Shown: positions 17,162-26,739, counted from the stretch's first letter. The stretch: 64,000 nucleotides of DNA from Candidatus Margulisiibacteriota bacterium (GCA_025453605.1 JALOPZ010000001.1:365042-429041), one strand, 5' to 3'. Notes: generated by a model not told the origin, from the letters alone. Numbers and translations: made by a program.

Positions 17162-18635
17162 GGCCCTGGCTGATCAGGTTGCTGACGATCTGGGCGGAGA
17201 TGATCACCATCGGCACGCCGATCCCCGGGTGAGTGTAGCTGCCGGTGTAATAAAGATTACGCAGCTTCTTGCTCCGGTGGGAGGGCCGGAAGATGGCGGT
17301 CTGGAAGAGGGTGTGGGCCAGGCCGAGCGCCGTTCCTTTGTAGGCGTTATAGGCCATGGTAAAAGCGCGCTGGGCGAAGATCTGCCGGTAGACAATGCTT
17401 CCTCTGATCTCGGTACCGAGCAATTTCTCCAGGTGATCAACCGTCCGGTCAAACATCTTTTCCCTGACCACCGCCGTATCGTCGAGTCCGGCCGCGACCG
17501 GGACGAGGATGAAAAGCGCTTCACCGCCGGGCGGAGCGGTCTGCGGGTCGGTCCTGGATGTGCAGCTGAAATAGTAGGAATATGCCTCCGGCCAAGCCGG
17601 CCGGTCAAAGATCGCCTTAAAGTGTTCGTCCCACGACGGGTCGAGGTAAAGGTTGTGGTGCAGAGCGCCGTCCAGCTTTTTGTTCAGGCCAAGGTAGATC
17701 AGGAAAGCGGATGGCCCCATTTTCCGGCTCTCCCAGTAAGCGGGCGGATAAGAAACGTCTTCGGCCGCGAGCAGCTCAGTCTCGGCGTGGTGATAATCGG
17801 CGTTGACCAGAACGATGTCGGCCGCATAAGTCCCTTTATCGGTCACCACCCGCTTCGCCTCGCCCCGTTCGCTCTCGATCCGGCGGACCGTCTGGCCGGT
17901 CACGATCTTGACCCCCTGCTCGTCGTTCAAACGGACCAGCGCCTTAACGACCGAACCGATCCCCTCGTCCGGATACCAGACCCCGAGGTTAAAATCGACG
18001 TGCGACATGATCGAATAAAGGGCTGGCGTGTTGTCGGGCGAGCCGCCGAGAAAAACGACCGTGTATTCCAGGATCTTCCGGATCCGGTCGCTCCGGAAAA
18101 ACCGGCGGACATAACGGTCCAACCCCTCAAAAATATGGAGCCGCGGCCCCTTGGTGATGATTTCCCAGTTAAGGAAATCGAAGATCGTCCGGTAGGCGCG
18201 GTAGATAAAGCTTTTCATCGCTGTTCGGTACTGGAATTCGGCGCTGCGCATGAACCGGTCGAGCTTTTTCCGCCCGCCCGGCTCCAGCTGTTCGAACAGC
18301 GCCCCGGTTTTTTCCCGGTCGGCCGGGATGTCGACCTGCTGGTCGCCGAAAAATACCCGGTAGTTCGGATCGAGCCGCCGCAGACCGTAATAGTCGCCGA
18401 CCTTCTTACCAAAAAGGGCAAAGTAATTCTCGAACACTTCCGGCATCAGATACCAGGAGGGGCCCAGGTCAAAGGTGAAACCGTTCGTCTTCATGATCCG
18501 GGCCCGGCCGCCCGGCTCGGTGTTCTTTTCCAGCACGGTGACCTGAAAACCGTCCCTGGCCAGCAGTGCCGCCGCCGCCAGCCCGCCGCAACCTGCCCCG
18601 ATCACGACTACTTTTTTCCCGTTCATAATCATCAT
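17151..18635 (-). CDS. crtI: Phytoene desaturase
   Basis: N-terminal FAD fold KKVVVIGAGCGGLAAAALLARDGFQVTVLEKN. CrtI family length and C-terminal ...YYTGSYTHPGIGVPMVIISAQ. Confidence 0.9.
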   Translation of the reverse strand: MMIMNGKKVVVIGAGCGGLAAAALLARDGFQVTVLEKNTEPGGRARIMKTNGFTFDLGPSWYLMPEVFENYFALFGKKVGDYYGLRRLDPNYRVFFGDQQVDIPADREKTGALFEQLEPGGRKKLDRFMRSAEFQYRTAMKSFIYRAYRTIFDFLNWEIITKGPRLHIFEGLDRYVRRFFRSDRIRKILEYTVVFLGGSPDNTPALYSIMSHVDFNLGVWYPDEGIGSVVKALVRLNDEQGVKIVTGQTVRRIESERGEAKRVVTDKGTYAADIVLVNADYHHAETELLAAEDVSYPPAYWESRKMGPSAFLIYLGLNKKLDGALHHNLYLDPSWDEHFKAIFDRPAWPEAYSYYFSCTSRTDPQTAPPGGEALFILVPVAAGLDDTAVVREKMFDRTVDHLEKLLGTEIRGSIVYRQIFAQRAFTMAYNAYKGTALGLAHTLFQTAIFRPSHRSKKLRNLYYTGSYTHPGIGVPMVIISAQIVSNLISQGHGR

Positions 18636-18678
18636 ATTCTATCGCTTGAAGCCGGGAAGTCAATGTTATAATAGGCGC

Positions 18679-19527
18679 ATGGAGATCGTCGTCGCCCAGC
18701 ATTCCGGTTTTTGCGAAGGAGTGGAACGGGCTTTCCAGATCGCCCTGCAGCAGGCGCAAGCCGGTCAACCGGTCTATATGCTAGGCAACCTGGTCCACAA
18801 CAAGCAGGTGGTCGATAAATTAAAGGCCGGCGGGATCCGGTCGGTCGCCACGGTCGCCGAGATACCGGCCGAACTTGACAGCATCATTCTGATCTCCGCC
18901 CACGGCGTCCCTCCCGAGGTTTACGACGAGGCCAAGGCCAAAGGGCTGAAGATCGTCGACACGACCTGCCCCTGGGTCAAGCGGGCACAGAACCTGGCCG
19001 GCAAGCTGGCTAACGAGGGGTGTGCCGTGGTGATCGTCGGCGACAAAGGCCACGCTGAGGTCCAGGGACTCGTCGGCTGGAGCCGCGGGCTGGCCAGGGT
19101 CGTCCAGACCGTGGCCGATATTGAGGCGCTCGACCTGGCCCCCGACCAGTGCGTCGGCCTGATCGCCCAGACGACCCAGGCCGAAGCTCATTTTCAGACC
19201 CTGGCCGCCGCCATGAAAAGCCGGGTACCGGCGGTCGAGGTCCACAACACGATCTGCGGCGCCACCCACAAGCGGCAGTCAGCAGCGGTCGAGGTCGCCC
19301 GGCAAGTGGATCTAATGCTGGTGATCGGCGATAAAATGAGCGCCAACACCAAGCGGCTGACCGAACTCTGCACGGCAACCGGAACGGAAACCCACCAGAT
19401 CGAGACCGCTTTTGATCTTGACGAAAAATGGTATGACGGTAAAAAGCGGATCGGCGTCACCGGCGGCGCCTCCACCCCTGATTGGGTGATCGCCGAGGTG
19501 CTTACAGTTCTTCGCTCGGCTCCCTGA
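18679..19527 (+). CDS. ispH: 4-hydroxy-3-methylbut-2-enyl diphosphate reductase
   Basis: MEIVVAQHSGFCEGVERA (Cys ligand), SAHGV, TTCPWV and HNTICGAT motifs. Confidence 0.9.
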   Translation: MEIVVAQHSGFCEGVERAFQIALQQAQAGQPVYMLGNLVHNKQVVDKLKAGGIRSVATVAEIPAELDSIILISAHGVPPEVYDEAKAKGLKIVDTTCPWVKRAQNLAGKLANEGCAVVIVGDKGHAEVQGLVGWSRGLARVVQTVADIEALDLAPDQCVGLIAQTTQAEAHFQTLAAAMKSRVPAVEVHNTICGATHKRQSAAVEVARQVDLMLVIGDKMSANTKRLTELCTATGTETHQIETAFDLDEKWYDGKKRIGVTGGASTPDWVIAEVLTVLRSAP

Positions 19528-19609
19528 GGACCCGCCAGAAGCAGTAGAGGTTCAGCCCGATTATCAACCCCCAGGAAATGACGATAAAGGTCCAACCGTA
19601 GGCGTTCAC
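19502..19609 (-). CDS. 35-aa hydrophobic mini-protein, translationally coupled to the NSS transporter (MetS-like accessory subunit candidate)
   Basis: A GTG start overlaps the transporter's TGA stop (GTGA). AAGGAGAA SD 6 nt upstream. Protein (V)NAYGWTFIVISWGLIIGLNLYCFWRVLREPSEEL has a single TM helix. Confidence 0.35.
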   Translation of the reverse strand: MNAYGWTFIVISWGLIIGLNLYCFWRVLREPSEEL

Positions 19610-21126
19610 GCTGCTTTCTCCTTATTCCGGTAATAGGCGAGTCTGACCAGCAGCGCGATCGCCGCAAAGAGGATGACCAGGCCGAGCCTGGTCGCCAGCA
19701 CATAGGGTCTGTTCGCCTCCGGCACCCCCCGCATCATGATCACCGGCACTCCCTGCTGCCAGAACCACGACCCGAGGATCAAAAAGAGGAACGTCGGTGT
19801 AACGTACTTGATGATCGGCCGGTAAAACCGGGGGATCGTCAGCTCCGCGCCGCGATGCATCTCGTCCCACGCCTTATCCATACCGAAGACCCAGACAAAG
19901 AGGACTGTCTCGATCGTGCCAAAGAGGACCAGCGCAAATGTCCCCCCCCAGAAATCGAGCTCGTCGACCACTCCCTGCCCCAGAAAAAAGATCGAGAACT
20001 GACAAAGCAGGAAAAGGGCGAGGCCCAGGCGGAGAACGGCGCGCTTTCTCTCCAGCTTGAACTCGTCGACGATAAAGGCGACCGCCGGTTCCGCCAGGGA
20101 GACCGACGAAGTGATCCCGGCCAGGAAAAGAAGCAGGAACCAGAGCAGGGCGAACACGGCGCCGAACGAGAGCTGGCCGAAGATCAGCGGCATCGTGACA
20201 AAGCCGAGATTAAAGGCCCCGCTCGCCGCCGCCTGGCTTGCCCCCGCCGCGCCGAGAAAAACGAAGGCCGCCGGAATGACGATCGAGCCGCCCAGGACAA
20301 CTTCGGCCAGCTCGTTGGTCGAAGCGGCGGTTAAACCGGAGAGGACAACGTCATCCCCGTGCTTCAGGTAGCTGGCATAGGTCAGGATCACGCCGATCCC
20401 GACACTTAGGGTAAAAAATATCTGGCCGGCCGCCGCCATCCAAACCTTGGCACTCCCCAGGACGGAAAAATCCGGGTTCCAGAGGTAACCCAATCCCTCG
20501 GTAATGTTCGGCATCATTAAGATCCGGCCGGCCAGGATAAAACCGCAAACAAAGAGGACCGGCATGGCGATCTTGCAGAGGATCTCGATCCCCCCCCGGA
20601 CACCCCGGTAGAGAAAATAGAAGTTGACGGCAAAAGTCAGCAGAAAGAAAAGGTAGGCGGTCCAGATATTGCTCCCCGGCGCTAATCCCTGGTAAGCGGC
20701 CAGAAAACCTTTCATCCCCTCCGGCGAGACGTTAGCAAAAAGCTGTCCCGTCAGGGCGAAAAAGGCGTAACCGAGCAGCCACGACTCAATATATGTGTAA
20801 TAGATAAAGATCACGACCGGACCAAAGATCCCGATCACTCCCAGATATTTGACGATCCGGTGCTGGGATAACCGGTTCAGAATGAACGGGGCGCTGCCGT
20901 GGCCAAACAGGCCGCCGTGCCGGCCGATCGCCCACTCGATCCACATCAGCGGGATGCCGAGAAGGAGGAAGGAGATAAAATAGGGGATCATAAAGGCGCC
21001 GCCGCCGTTCTGCGCCGCCTGGACCGGGAAACGGAGAAAATTGCCGAGGCCGACGGCCGAACCGGCCACCGCCAGGATTATTCCCAGCTTGTTCCCCCAC
21101 ACTTCCCGTGGTTTGCCCGCGGCCAT
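19606..21126 (-). CDS. Sodium-dependent transporter, neurotransmitter:sodium symporter (NSS/SNF) family
   Basis: N-terminal WGNKLGIILAVAGSAVGLGNFLRFP signature. 12-TM architecture. Confidence 0.85.
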   Translation of the reverse strand: MAAGKPREVWGNKLGIILAVAGSAVGLGNFLRFPVQAAQNGGGAFMIPYFISFLLLGIPLMWIEWAIGRHGGLFGHGSAPFILNRLSQHRIVKYLGVIGIFGPVVIFIYYTYIESWLLGYAFFALTGQLFANVSPEGMKGFLAAYQGLAPGSNIWTAYLFFLLTFAVNFYFLYRGVRGGIEILCKIAMPVLFVCGFILAGRILMMPNITEGLGYLWNPDFSVLGSAKVWMAAAGQIFFTLSVGIGVILTYASYLKHGDDVVLSGLTAASTNELAEVVLGGSIVIPAAFVFLGAAGASQAAASGAFNLGFVTMPLIFGQLSFGAVFALLWFLLLFLAGITSSVSLAEPAVAFIVDEFKLERKRAVLRLGLALFLLCQFSIFFLGQGVVDELDFWGGTFALVLFGTIETVLFVWVFGMDKAWDEMHRGAELTIPRFYRPIIKYVTPTFLFLILGSWFWQQGVPVIMMRGVPEANRPYVLATRLGLVILFAAIALLVRLAYYRNKEKAA

Positions 21127-21146
21127 AGCGGTGTTATAATACCCCT

Positions 21147-22637
21147 GTGAAAAAGATTATGCAATTGACCGCGCTGGTCCTCTGCTGCGCCGGTCTGCTC
21201 TCCCCCGCCTGGAGCCTCACCCTGCAAAAGATCCGCTTTGGTTACTATCCCGACAAGATCCGGGCGGCGCTCGACTTCGACGGCCCGTTCACCTATACTC
21301 TCGACGAATCGCGGGAACGGATCATCATCAACCTGCCGCAGACGGAAGCCGCGCCCGAGATCAGCAATTACATTGAATCGAGCGACCTGATCGTCCGTTA
21401 TTTTGAGATCGAAAAGATCGACGACGGCCTGAAGGTGACCGTCCCGCTCAGCGAGCCGGTCCCCTACAGCGTTTATACGCTATCCGATCCCGCCCGGCTG
21501 GTGCTCGATTTCAAGCGCGACTTCACCAACATCATCTCCGGCGGGACGATCGTCGACGGGGTCGAGCATCTCAAAGTCTCCCGGGGAACGGCCAGCGGCC
21601 GGATCACCGCCGACGTCCTCAAGGTTGACCTGAACAAAGCGAGTGTCGCCCCCGCCCTGGCGCTTAAGAACAAACCGAACGCACTGGAATCGTTCATTAA
21701 CACCGTCTCACCCTGGCGCAACGTCGACGACGACAAACACTTTTTCCGGGCGCGCGTCAGCACCATCGCCGACCAGCAGGGGGCAGTGGCGGCGGTCAAT
21801 GGCACCTACTTTGCCTACACCGGCAAGCCGCTCGGCACCCTGCTGATCGACAAGGAGATGGTCTCCTCGCCGATCTACGACCGAACGGCGCTGATCATCA
21901 ATGATGAACGCCAGGCGTTCATCGACAACGTCCTGATCGACAGCTACTTTAAGACCGCGGGCAACCTGCGCTACAACATCGGCGGCGTCAATCAGGGGCG
22001 CAAGGACAACTCCTTTGTCCTCTACACGCCGGCCTGGGGGGAGAAGACCGGGACCGATACCAGCGGGATCGAACTGATCCTCTCCGGTTCGGTGGTCAGG
22101 GAGATCAGGCTCGGCAACTCAATCATCCCGGCCGACGGCTATGTCCTCTCGCTTTGCGGTCCGGCCAGCCAGTTCGTCAACGAGAACGTCAAGGTCGGCG
22201 ATCGGCTCGACGTCCACCTGAAGATCATCCCCTACACCACCCCGCTCAAGAGCGTCCTGCACATGATCTCCGGCGGGCCCCGGCTGGTCAAGGAGGGAGT
22301 GGCCTACGTCTCCAAGCAGGAAGAAAAGTTCAAGGCTGATGTCGCGCTCGGCCGGGCCGCGCGGACGGCGGTCGGCCTGACCAAGGACGGCAAGATCCTC
22401 CTGGTCACGGTCGACGGCGCGCCGCGCGCCAAAGGGAGCCGCAACGATCGGAGCAGCATCGGGATCTCGCTGGAGGACCTGGCCGAAATGCTGATCAGTC
22501 TGGGGGCGGTGGAAGCGATGAACCTGGACGGAGGCGGCTCGTCAACCATGTGGATCGACGGCCGGGTGGTCAATAAACCGGCCAACGGCTACGAGGTGGG
22601 CGTCAGCAACGCGCTGGTCGTCAAACCGCGTTTTTAA
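21147..22637 (+). CDS. AMIN-domain protein fused to a phosphodiester glycosidase (NAGPA-like) domain
   Basis: Signal peptide. N-terminal AMIN-like beta-rich region. C-terminal AMNLDGGGSSTMW signature of the phosphodiester glycosidase family. Confidence 0.65.
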   Translation: MKKIMQLTALVLCCAGLLSPAWSLTLQKIRFGYYPDKIRAALDFDGPFTYTLDESRERIIINLPQTEAAPEISNYIESSDLIVRYFEIEKIDDGLKVTVPLSEPVPYSVYTLSDPARLVLDFKRDFTNIISGGTIVDGVEHLKVSRGTASGRITADVLKVDLNKASVAPALALKNKPNALESFINTVSPWRNVDDDKHFFRARVSTIADQQGAVAAVNGTYFAYTGKPLGTLLIDKEMVSSPIYDRTALIINDERQAFIDNVLIDSYFKTAGNLRYNIGGVNQGRKDNSFVLYTPAWGEKTGTDTSGIELILSGSVVREIRLGNSIIPADGYVLSLCGPASQFVNENVKVGDRLDVHLKIIPYTTPLKSVLHMISGGPRLVKEGVAYVSKQEEKFKADVALGRAARTAVGLTKDGKILLVTVDGAPRAKGSRNDRSSIGISLEDLAEMLISLGAVEAMNLDGGGSSTMWIDGRVVNKPANGYEVGVSNALVVKPRF

Positions 22638-22936
22638 TCGTTGACCGGGCCGGAGAATTGCGCGAAGTACTGCTTGAAATCCTCGGAGAGCGGCACGACG
22701 CCGTCCCAGCGTTTGACGATGCTGCCGTTCTGCTCGATCACGGTCGCCGGGATCTTGCTGACCTCGTAGAACGCTCCCTCCGCCAGTCCGTCCATGGTGG
22801 TTTCCATGTCAAAGAACGAGAGCTTGACCTTGCTGTCGTCAATGTTCCAGCGGCCGAAGAACGTCTCGAACTTCTTCATCGTCGTCTTGCAATACTCGCA
22901 GCCCGGCTTGCCGAACACTTTTACTTCCATGGTCAT
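22634..22936 (-). CDS. Thioredoxin/glutaredoxin-like small protein (CxxC)
   Basis: VKVFGKPGCEYCK active-site motif in a Trx-fold-sized protein (100 aa). Confidence 0.6.
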   Translation of the reverse strand: MTMEVKVFGKPGCEYCKTTMKKFETFFGRWNIDDSKVKLSFFDMETTMDGLAEGAFYEVSKIPATVIEQNGSIVKRWDGVVPLSEDFKQYFAQFSGPVND

Positions 22937-23253
22937 GACCTCTCTTCCAAGACTTTTTTGATCGCCAGGAACTGGACCAGCAACCCGCTGAACAGGCAGA
23001 TGTTGAACACCAGGTACATCAGCTCCTGGACCAGCCGCGAAGGATTGTAAACGCTGTAATCGGCGAAGAAATTATAGACGTGCAGCACGGCAATGACCAG
23101 GACCGCCGGCAGGATGTACTTCCACCCCTTGGCCAGGACGTAATTGTCCTTCATTCCCAGGCAGCGGATGATCTCCAGCGCCAGGAACGCCGAGCCGAAG
23201 ATCAACACGATGTTGACGCCGACCAGCACATCGGTGAACAGCTCGAGCATCAT
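22933..23253 (-). CDS. Small 3-4 TM membrane protein (DoxX/MauE-like?, hypothetical)
   Basis: Start set at MMLELF. A TATAAT -10 lies 9 nt upstream, so the mRNA may be leaderless. Overlaps the downstream Trx-like gene by 4 nt. Confidence 0.4.
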   Translation of the reverse strand: MMLELFTDVLVGVNIVLIFGSAFLALEIIRCLGMKDNYVLAKGWKYILPAVLVIAVLHVYNFFADYSVYNPSRLVQELMYLVFNICLFSGLLVQFLAIKKVLEERS

Positions 23254-23302
23254 GATAAAAAAATTATACTCCAATTAACCTTGCTGTCAAGCCGGGCCGC
23301 GG

Positions 23303-23331
23303 TTGACTTAAGCCGGCGTCCATTATATATT
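23303..23331 (+). promoter_or_regulatory. Sigma70-like promoter (TTGACT-17-TATATA) for the pilus ATPase gene
   Basis: -35 at 23303-23308 and -10 at 23326-23331. ATG at 23346. Confidence 0.45.
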
Positions 23332-23345
23332 TAGTCCGAAGAGCG

Positions 23346-25031
23346 ATGCAGCAAACCCGCAAGACCGTCGGCGAATATCTGGTCGAGAATCGGCTGCTCA
23401 GTGTAGCCCAGCTGCAGACTGCCCGGCTGGAATCGGAAAAGACCGGCGAATCGCTCAGCCATGTCCTGATCCGCCTCGGCCTGGTACCGGAAGAGCGGAT
23501 CCTGGAATATTACACCGACCACTGCCTGATCCCGACCGGCGACGTCAAAAAGCTCGACCCGCAGGTCCTCCCCCTCATCCCCGAAGCGACGGCCAAGAGA
23601 TACCACCTGTTGCCGCTCGCCCGCAAGGACAACCGGCTGATCATGGCGCTCTCCGACCCGCTCAACGTCATCGTCCTGGACGAGATCAAGTTCCGGACCG
23701 GGCTGGAGATCGAGGTCCGGGTGGCGCGCGAATCGGAGATCGCCCAGGCGATCGCCCAGTACTACGGCGCGCAGGGGTCGGTCGGCGAACTGATCAAGAA
23801 CATCGATCTCCGCTCGGTCGCGGTCGGCGACGAGGACCTCGATCTCTCCAAGCTGCAGAGCCTGGCGGAAGAGGCGCCGATCATCAAGCTGCTCAACACC
23901 TTCATCACCCAGGCTTTTCATGATCGCGCCTCCGACCTGCACATCGAGCCGGACGAGAATATCCTGCGCGTCCGTCACCGGATCGACGGGGTCCTCTACG
24001 ACGTCGCCACTTTGCCTAAATACCTGCAGCCGGCGATCATCTCGCGCGCCAAGATCATGGCCGAGATGAACATCGCCGTCAAACGGGCGCCGCAGGACGG
24101 CCGCTTTCAGATCGACATCGAAGGGAATCCGATCGATGTCCGCGTTTCCAGCTTCCCGACGATCTACGGCGAGAACATCGTCATGCGGCTGCTCGACACC
24201 CGCTCCATCCTGCTCGGTCTGGACGAGGTCGGCTTCTCGCCGGAAGATCTGGCCCGGTTCAATTCGCTGCTCAAATACCCCAACGGCATCATCCTGGTGA
24301 CCGGGCCGACCGGCTGCGGTAAAACGACCACCCTCTATTCCGCGCTCAACACGCTCAACTCGCCGAAAAAGAACATTATGACGATCGAGGACCCGGTCGA
24401 GTACCATCTGTTCGGCATCCGCCAGGCGCAGATCAACGTCAAGGCCGGGCTAACGTTCGCCACCGGCCTCCGCTCCATCCTCCGTCAGGACCCCGACATC
24501 ATCATGGTCGGTGAGATCCGTGACCTGGAAACCGCCGAGATCGCCGTCCAGGCGGCGCTGACCGGCCACCTGGTGTTGAGCACGCTCCACACCAACGACG
24601 CCCCCTCTGCCCTGACCCGGCTGGTCGACATGGGGGTGGAGCCGTTCCTGATCGCTTCTTCGGTCATCGGCATCGTAGCGCAGCGCCTGGTCCGGACGAT
24701 CTGCAAAGAATGCAAAACTTCGTTCCACCCCGCTCCACCGGTCCTCGAAGAACTGCACGCTGACCTGCGCGGCCAGGATGTGGCCTTTTTTGCCGGTAAA
24801 GGGTGTAAGGCGTGCAAGGAGACCGGCTATCGCGGCCGGACCGGGATCATCGAGCTGCTGGCGATGAACGAACCGATCAAAGAGCTGATCATTGCCAAAG
24901 CGTCAGCCGGCGCGATCTTAAAAGCAGCTGAGGCAGCGGGGATGCGTTCGATGCGGACCGCCGGTATCACTAAAGCGCTGGCCGGGATCACGACGATCGA
25001 CGAAGTCCTGCAGGTAACGAGGGTCGAATAA
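23346..25031 (+). CDS. pilB: Type IV pilus assembly ATPase PilB (GspE family)
   Basis: N-terminal T2SSE_N-like domain, Walker A GPTGCGKTTT, Asp/His boxes and a C-terminal tetracysteine cluster (CKEC...CKAC). Confidence 0.9.
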   Translation: MQQTRKTVGEYLVENRLLSVAQLQTARLESEKTGESLSHVLIRLGLVPEERILEYYTDHCLIPTGDVKKLDPQVLPLIPEATAKRYHLLPLARKDNRLIMALSDPLNVIVLDEIKFRTGLEIEVRVARESEIAQAIAQYYGAQGSVGELIKNIDLRSVAVGDEDLDLSKLQSLAEEAPIIKLLNTFITQAFHDRASDLHIEPDENILRVRHRIDGVLYDVATLPKYLQPAIISRAKIMAEMNIAVKRAPQDGRFQIDIEGNPIDVRVSSFPTIYGENIVMRLLDTRSILLGLDEVGFSPEDLARFNSLLKYPNGIILVTGPTGCGKTTTLYSALNTLNSPKKNIMTIEDPVEYHLFGIRQAQINVKAGLTFATGLRSILRQDPDIIMVGEIRDLETAEIAVQAALTGHLVLSTLHTNDAPSALTRLVDMGVEPFLIASSVIGIVAQRLVRTICKECKTSFHPAPPVLEELHADLRGQDVAFFAGKGCKACKETGYRGRTGIIELLAMNEPIKELIIAKASAGAILKAAEAAGMRSMRTAGITKALAGITTIDEVLQVTRVE

Positions 25032-25034
25032 GCC

Positions 25035-26249
25035 ATGAGCGAATTCGCTTACAAGGTCAGGGACGATAAAGGGCGGCTGGTCGCCGGCCGGATGCCGGGC
25101 GCAACCTCCGGCGAAGTGGTCGACCGTCTGCACAATCTCGGCTACACGGTCGTCTCCGTCAAACCGGCCGCGGCGGGCTTTGCGCTCGACTTTTCGCTCC
25201 CCTCCTTTAGCCGGATCAAGACGGAGGATTACGTCATGCTCGCCTCTCAGCTGGCGGCAATGCTGGCGGCCGGGGTGGCGCTGACCGCAGCACTTGATGT
25301 CATTGTCGAGCAGACCGAGAACCCGCGCCTGCGCGCGGCGCTCCAGCGGACCTCGGACGACGTCAAAGCCGGCAGCTCTCTGGCCGACGCGCTGCGTAAA
25401 CACCACGGGACCTTTCCGACCTTATTCGTCAATATGGTGGCAGCCGGTGAAGTAGCCGGGAACCTGGAAGAAGTCCTGGCGCGGCTTTCGGTCTTCATGG
25501 AAAAGCAGGCCGATTTCCAGCAAAAAGTGCTGACGGCAATGTTCTACCCGATCATTCTCCTCTGCTTCAGTCTGGCGGTCATCATCCTGGTCATCCTGAC
25601 CCTGCTCCCCGCGTTCGTTAAGATGTTCAAAGATGCCGGCGTACCGCTCCCCGGGCCGACCCAGTTCCTGTATAATGTTAATCTGCTGGTCCGCAATTAC
25701 TGGCTCTTCCTGCTGCTCGGCCTCTCCGGGCTCTTCCTCGGTCTCCGTTATTTCCTGCGGACCCCGTTCGGTCGGGCGTTATTTGACCGGCTGACCCTTG
25801 ACCTCCCCGTCTGGGGAACGCTCAGCCGCAAGGTCGCGATCGCTCGCATCTTCCGCACGCTGGCGTCGCTCCTGACCGCCGGCGTCCCGATCCTCAAGGC
25901 GCTGGAAACGCTGGAAAAAACGACCGAGAACACCGTCTATGCCGGAGTGATCAGGGAGGCGCAGCACAACGTCAGCAAAGGGGGGAGCCTGGCCGAACAA
26001 CTGCGGGCGAGCGGGGAGTTCCCGACGATGGCGGTCAAGATGGCGGCGGTGGGCGAAGAAGCCGGCTCACTCGACAAGATGCTCGCCAAGGTCGCCGACT
26101 TTTACGAGCTGTCGGTTGATTACGCCGTCAAGCGCCTGACCGCCCTGATGGAGCCGTTCTTTCTCGTCGTGGTCGGCGGGGTGGTCGGTTTTATCCTCGC
26201 TTCGGTCATCATGCCGATCTTCCAGATGGTTTCGACGCTCCGCCGCTAG
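25035..26249 (+). CDS. pilC: Type IV pilus inner-membrane platform protein PilC (GspF family)
   Basis: Duplicated GspF domains and 3 TM segments. Immediately downstream of pilB. Confidence 0.9.
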   Translation: MSEFAYKVRDDKGRLVAGRMPGATSGEVVDRLHNLGYTVVSVKPAAAGFALDFSLPSFSRIKTEDYVMLASQLAAMLAAGVALTAALDVIVEQTENPRLRAALQRTSDDVKAGSSLADALRKHHGTFPTLFVNMVAAGEVAGNLEEVLARLSVFMEKQADFQQKVLTAMFYPIILLCFSLAVIILVILTLLPAFVKMFKDAGVPLPGPTQFLYNVNLLVRNYWLFLLLGLSGLFLGLRYFLRTPFGRALFDRLTLDLPVWGTLSRKVAIARIFRTLASLLTAGVPILKALETLEKTTENTVYAGVIREAQHNVSKGGSLAEQLRASGEFPTMAVKMAAVGEEAGSLDKMLAKVADFYELSVDYAVKRLTALMEPFFLVVVGGVVGFILASVIMPIFQMVSTLRR

Positions 26250-26254
26250 AGGCC

Positions 26255-26710
26255 CTATTGCGGCCGCAGGGCGACGCCGATCTTCGCAAAAATATAGACT
26301 GACACCAGCAGCAGGACGATCCCCAGGCTAAAGCGCGAGCTCAGGGCGATCCGGTCCATCAATAAAACGTCCTGGTCAGAGAGCCGGGAAAGCCGGAGCA
26401 TCCAGTCCGGCCAAAAAAGGTAAAGCAGGCCGACCGCGATGATCAGCGCGCCCCCGGCCACGAAGCCGAGATAATAACCGGGATAATCCCAGAGCGAATG
26501 AATGATCCACCCGCCGCCCGCGATCAGCAACAGGCCGAAAACCAGATTGTGCCGGCGCAGGCTGACCTCAACATGGAAGAGCGGGAGGTTGCAGAGGGCG
26601 TTCAACCAGCGCCAAAACCCGAGCGGGAGAAGCAGAAAGAGAAAGCCGAAGAATGCACTGACCGCGCCGGCCGCCAGGACCAAATTGATCATGCCCCCAT
26701 TGTAAAACAC
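26255..26710 (-). CDS. Small integral membrane protein (hypothetical)
   Basis: 4 hydrophobic helices. A CTCTTGACA -35 and TACAAT -10 lie directly at its 5' end. Confidence 0.45.
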   Translation of the reverse strand: MFYNGGMINLVLAAGAVSAFFGFLFLLLPLGFWRWLNALCNLPLFHVEVSLRRHNLVFGLLLIAGGGWIIHSLWDYPGYYLGFVAGGALIIAVGLLYLFWPDWMLRLSRLSDQDVLLMDRIALSSRFSLGIVLLLVSVYIFAKIGVALRPQ

Positions 26711-26739
26711 CGGGCGGGAATGTCAAGAGCGGGGATATC

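Noticed and set aside
17160-18671. 503-aa plus-strand ORF opposite crtI. Similar long antisense ORFs lie at 23331-24407, 29060-30121, 32250-33740, 34516-35769, 37432-38523, 48163-49047, 50470-51222, 56253-56927 and 7027-7989.
   Set aside because: Each lies entirely within a confidently assigned gene on the other strand and has a low-complexity, Arg/Asp/Gly-rich translation with no motifs. High GC suppresses stop codons on the antisense strand.
19194-19703. 169-aa minus-strand ORF spanning the ispH 3' end and the NSS 3' end
   Set aside because: Overlaps two real genes. A short 35-aa frame coupled to the transporter explains the region better.
26721-26730. TGTCAAGAGC motif shared with 36355-36364 as a candidate regulator site
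   Set aside because: It is simply the reverse complement of CTCTTGACA, the -35 hexamer plus context, for minus-strand genes. It reflects the sigma70 consensus, not a special operator.
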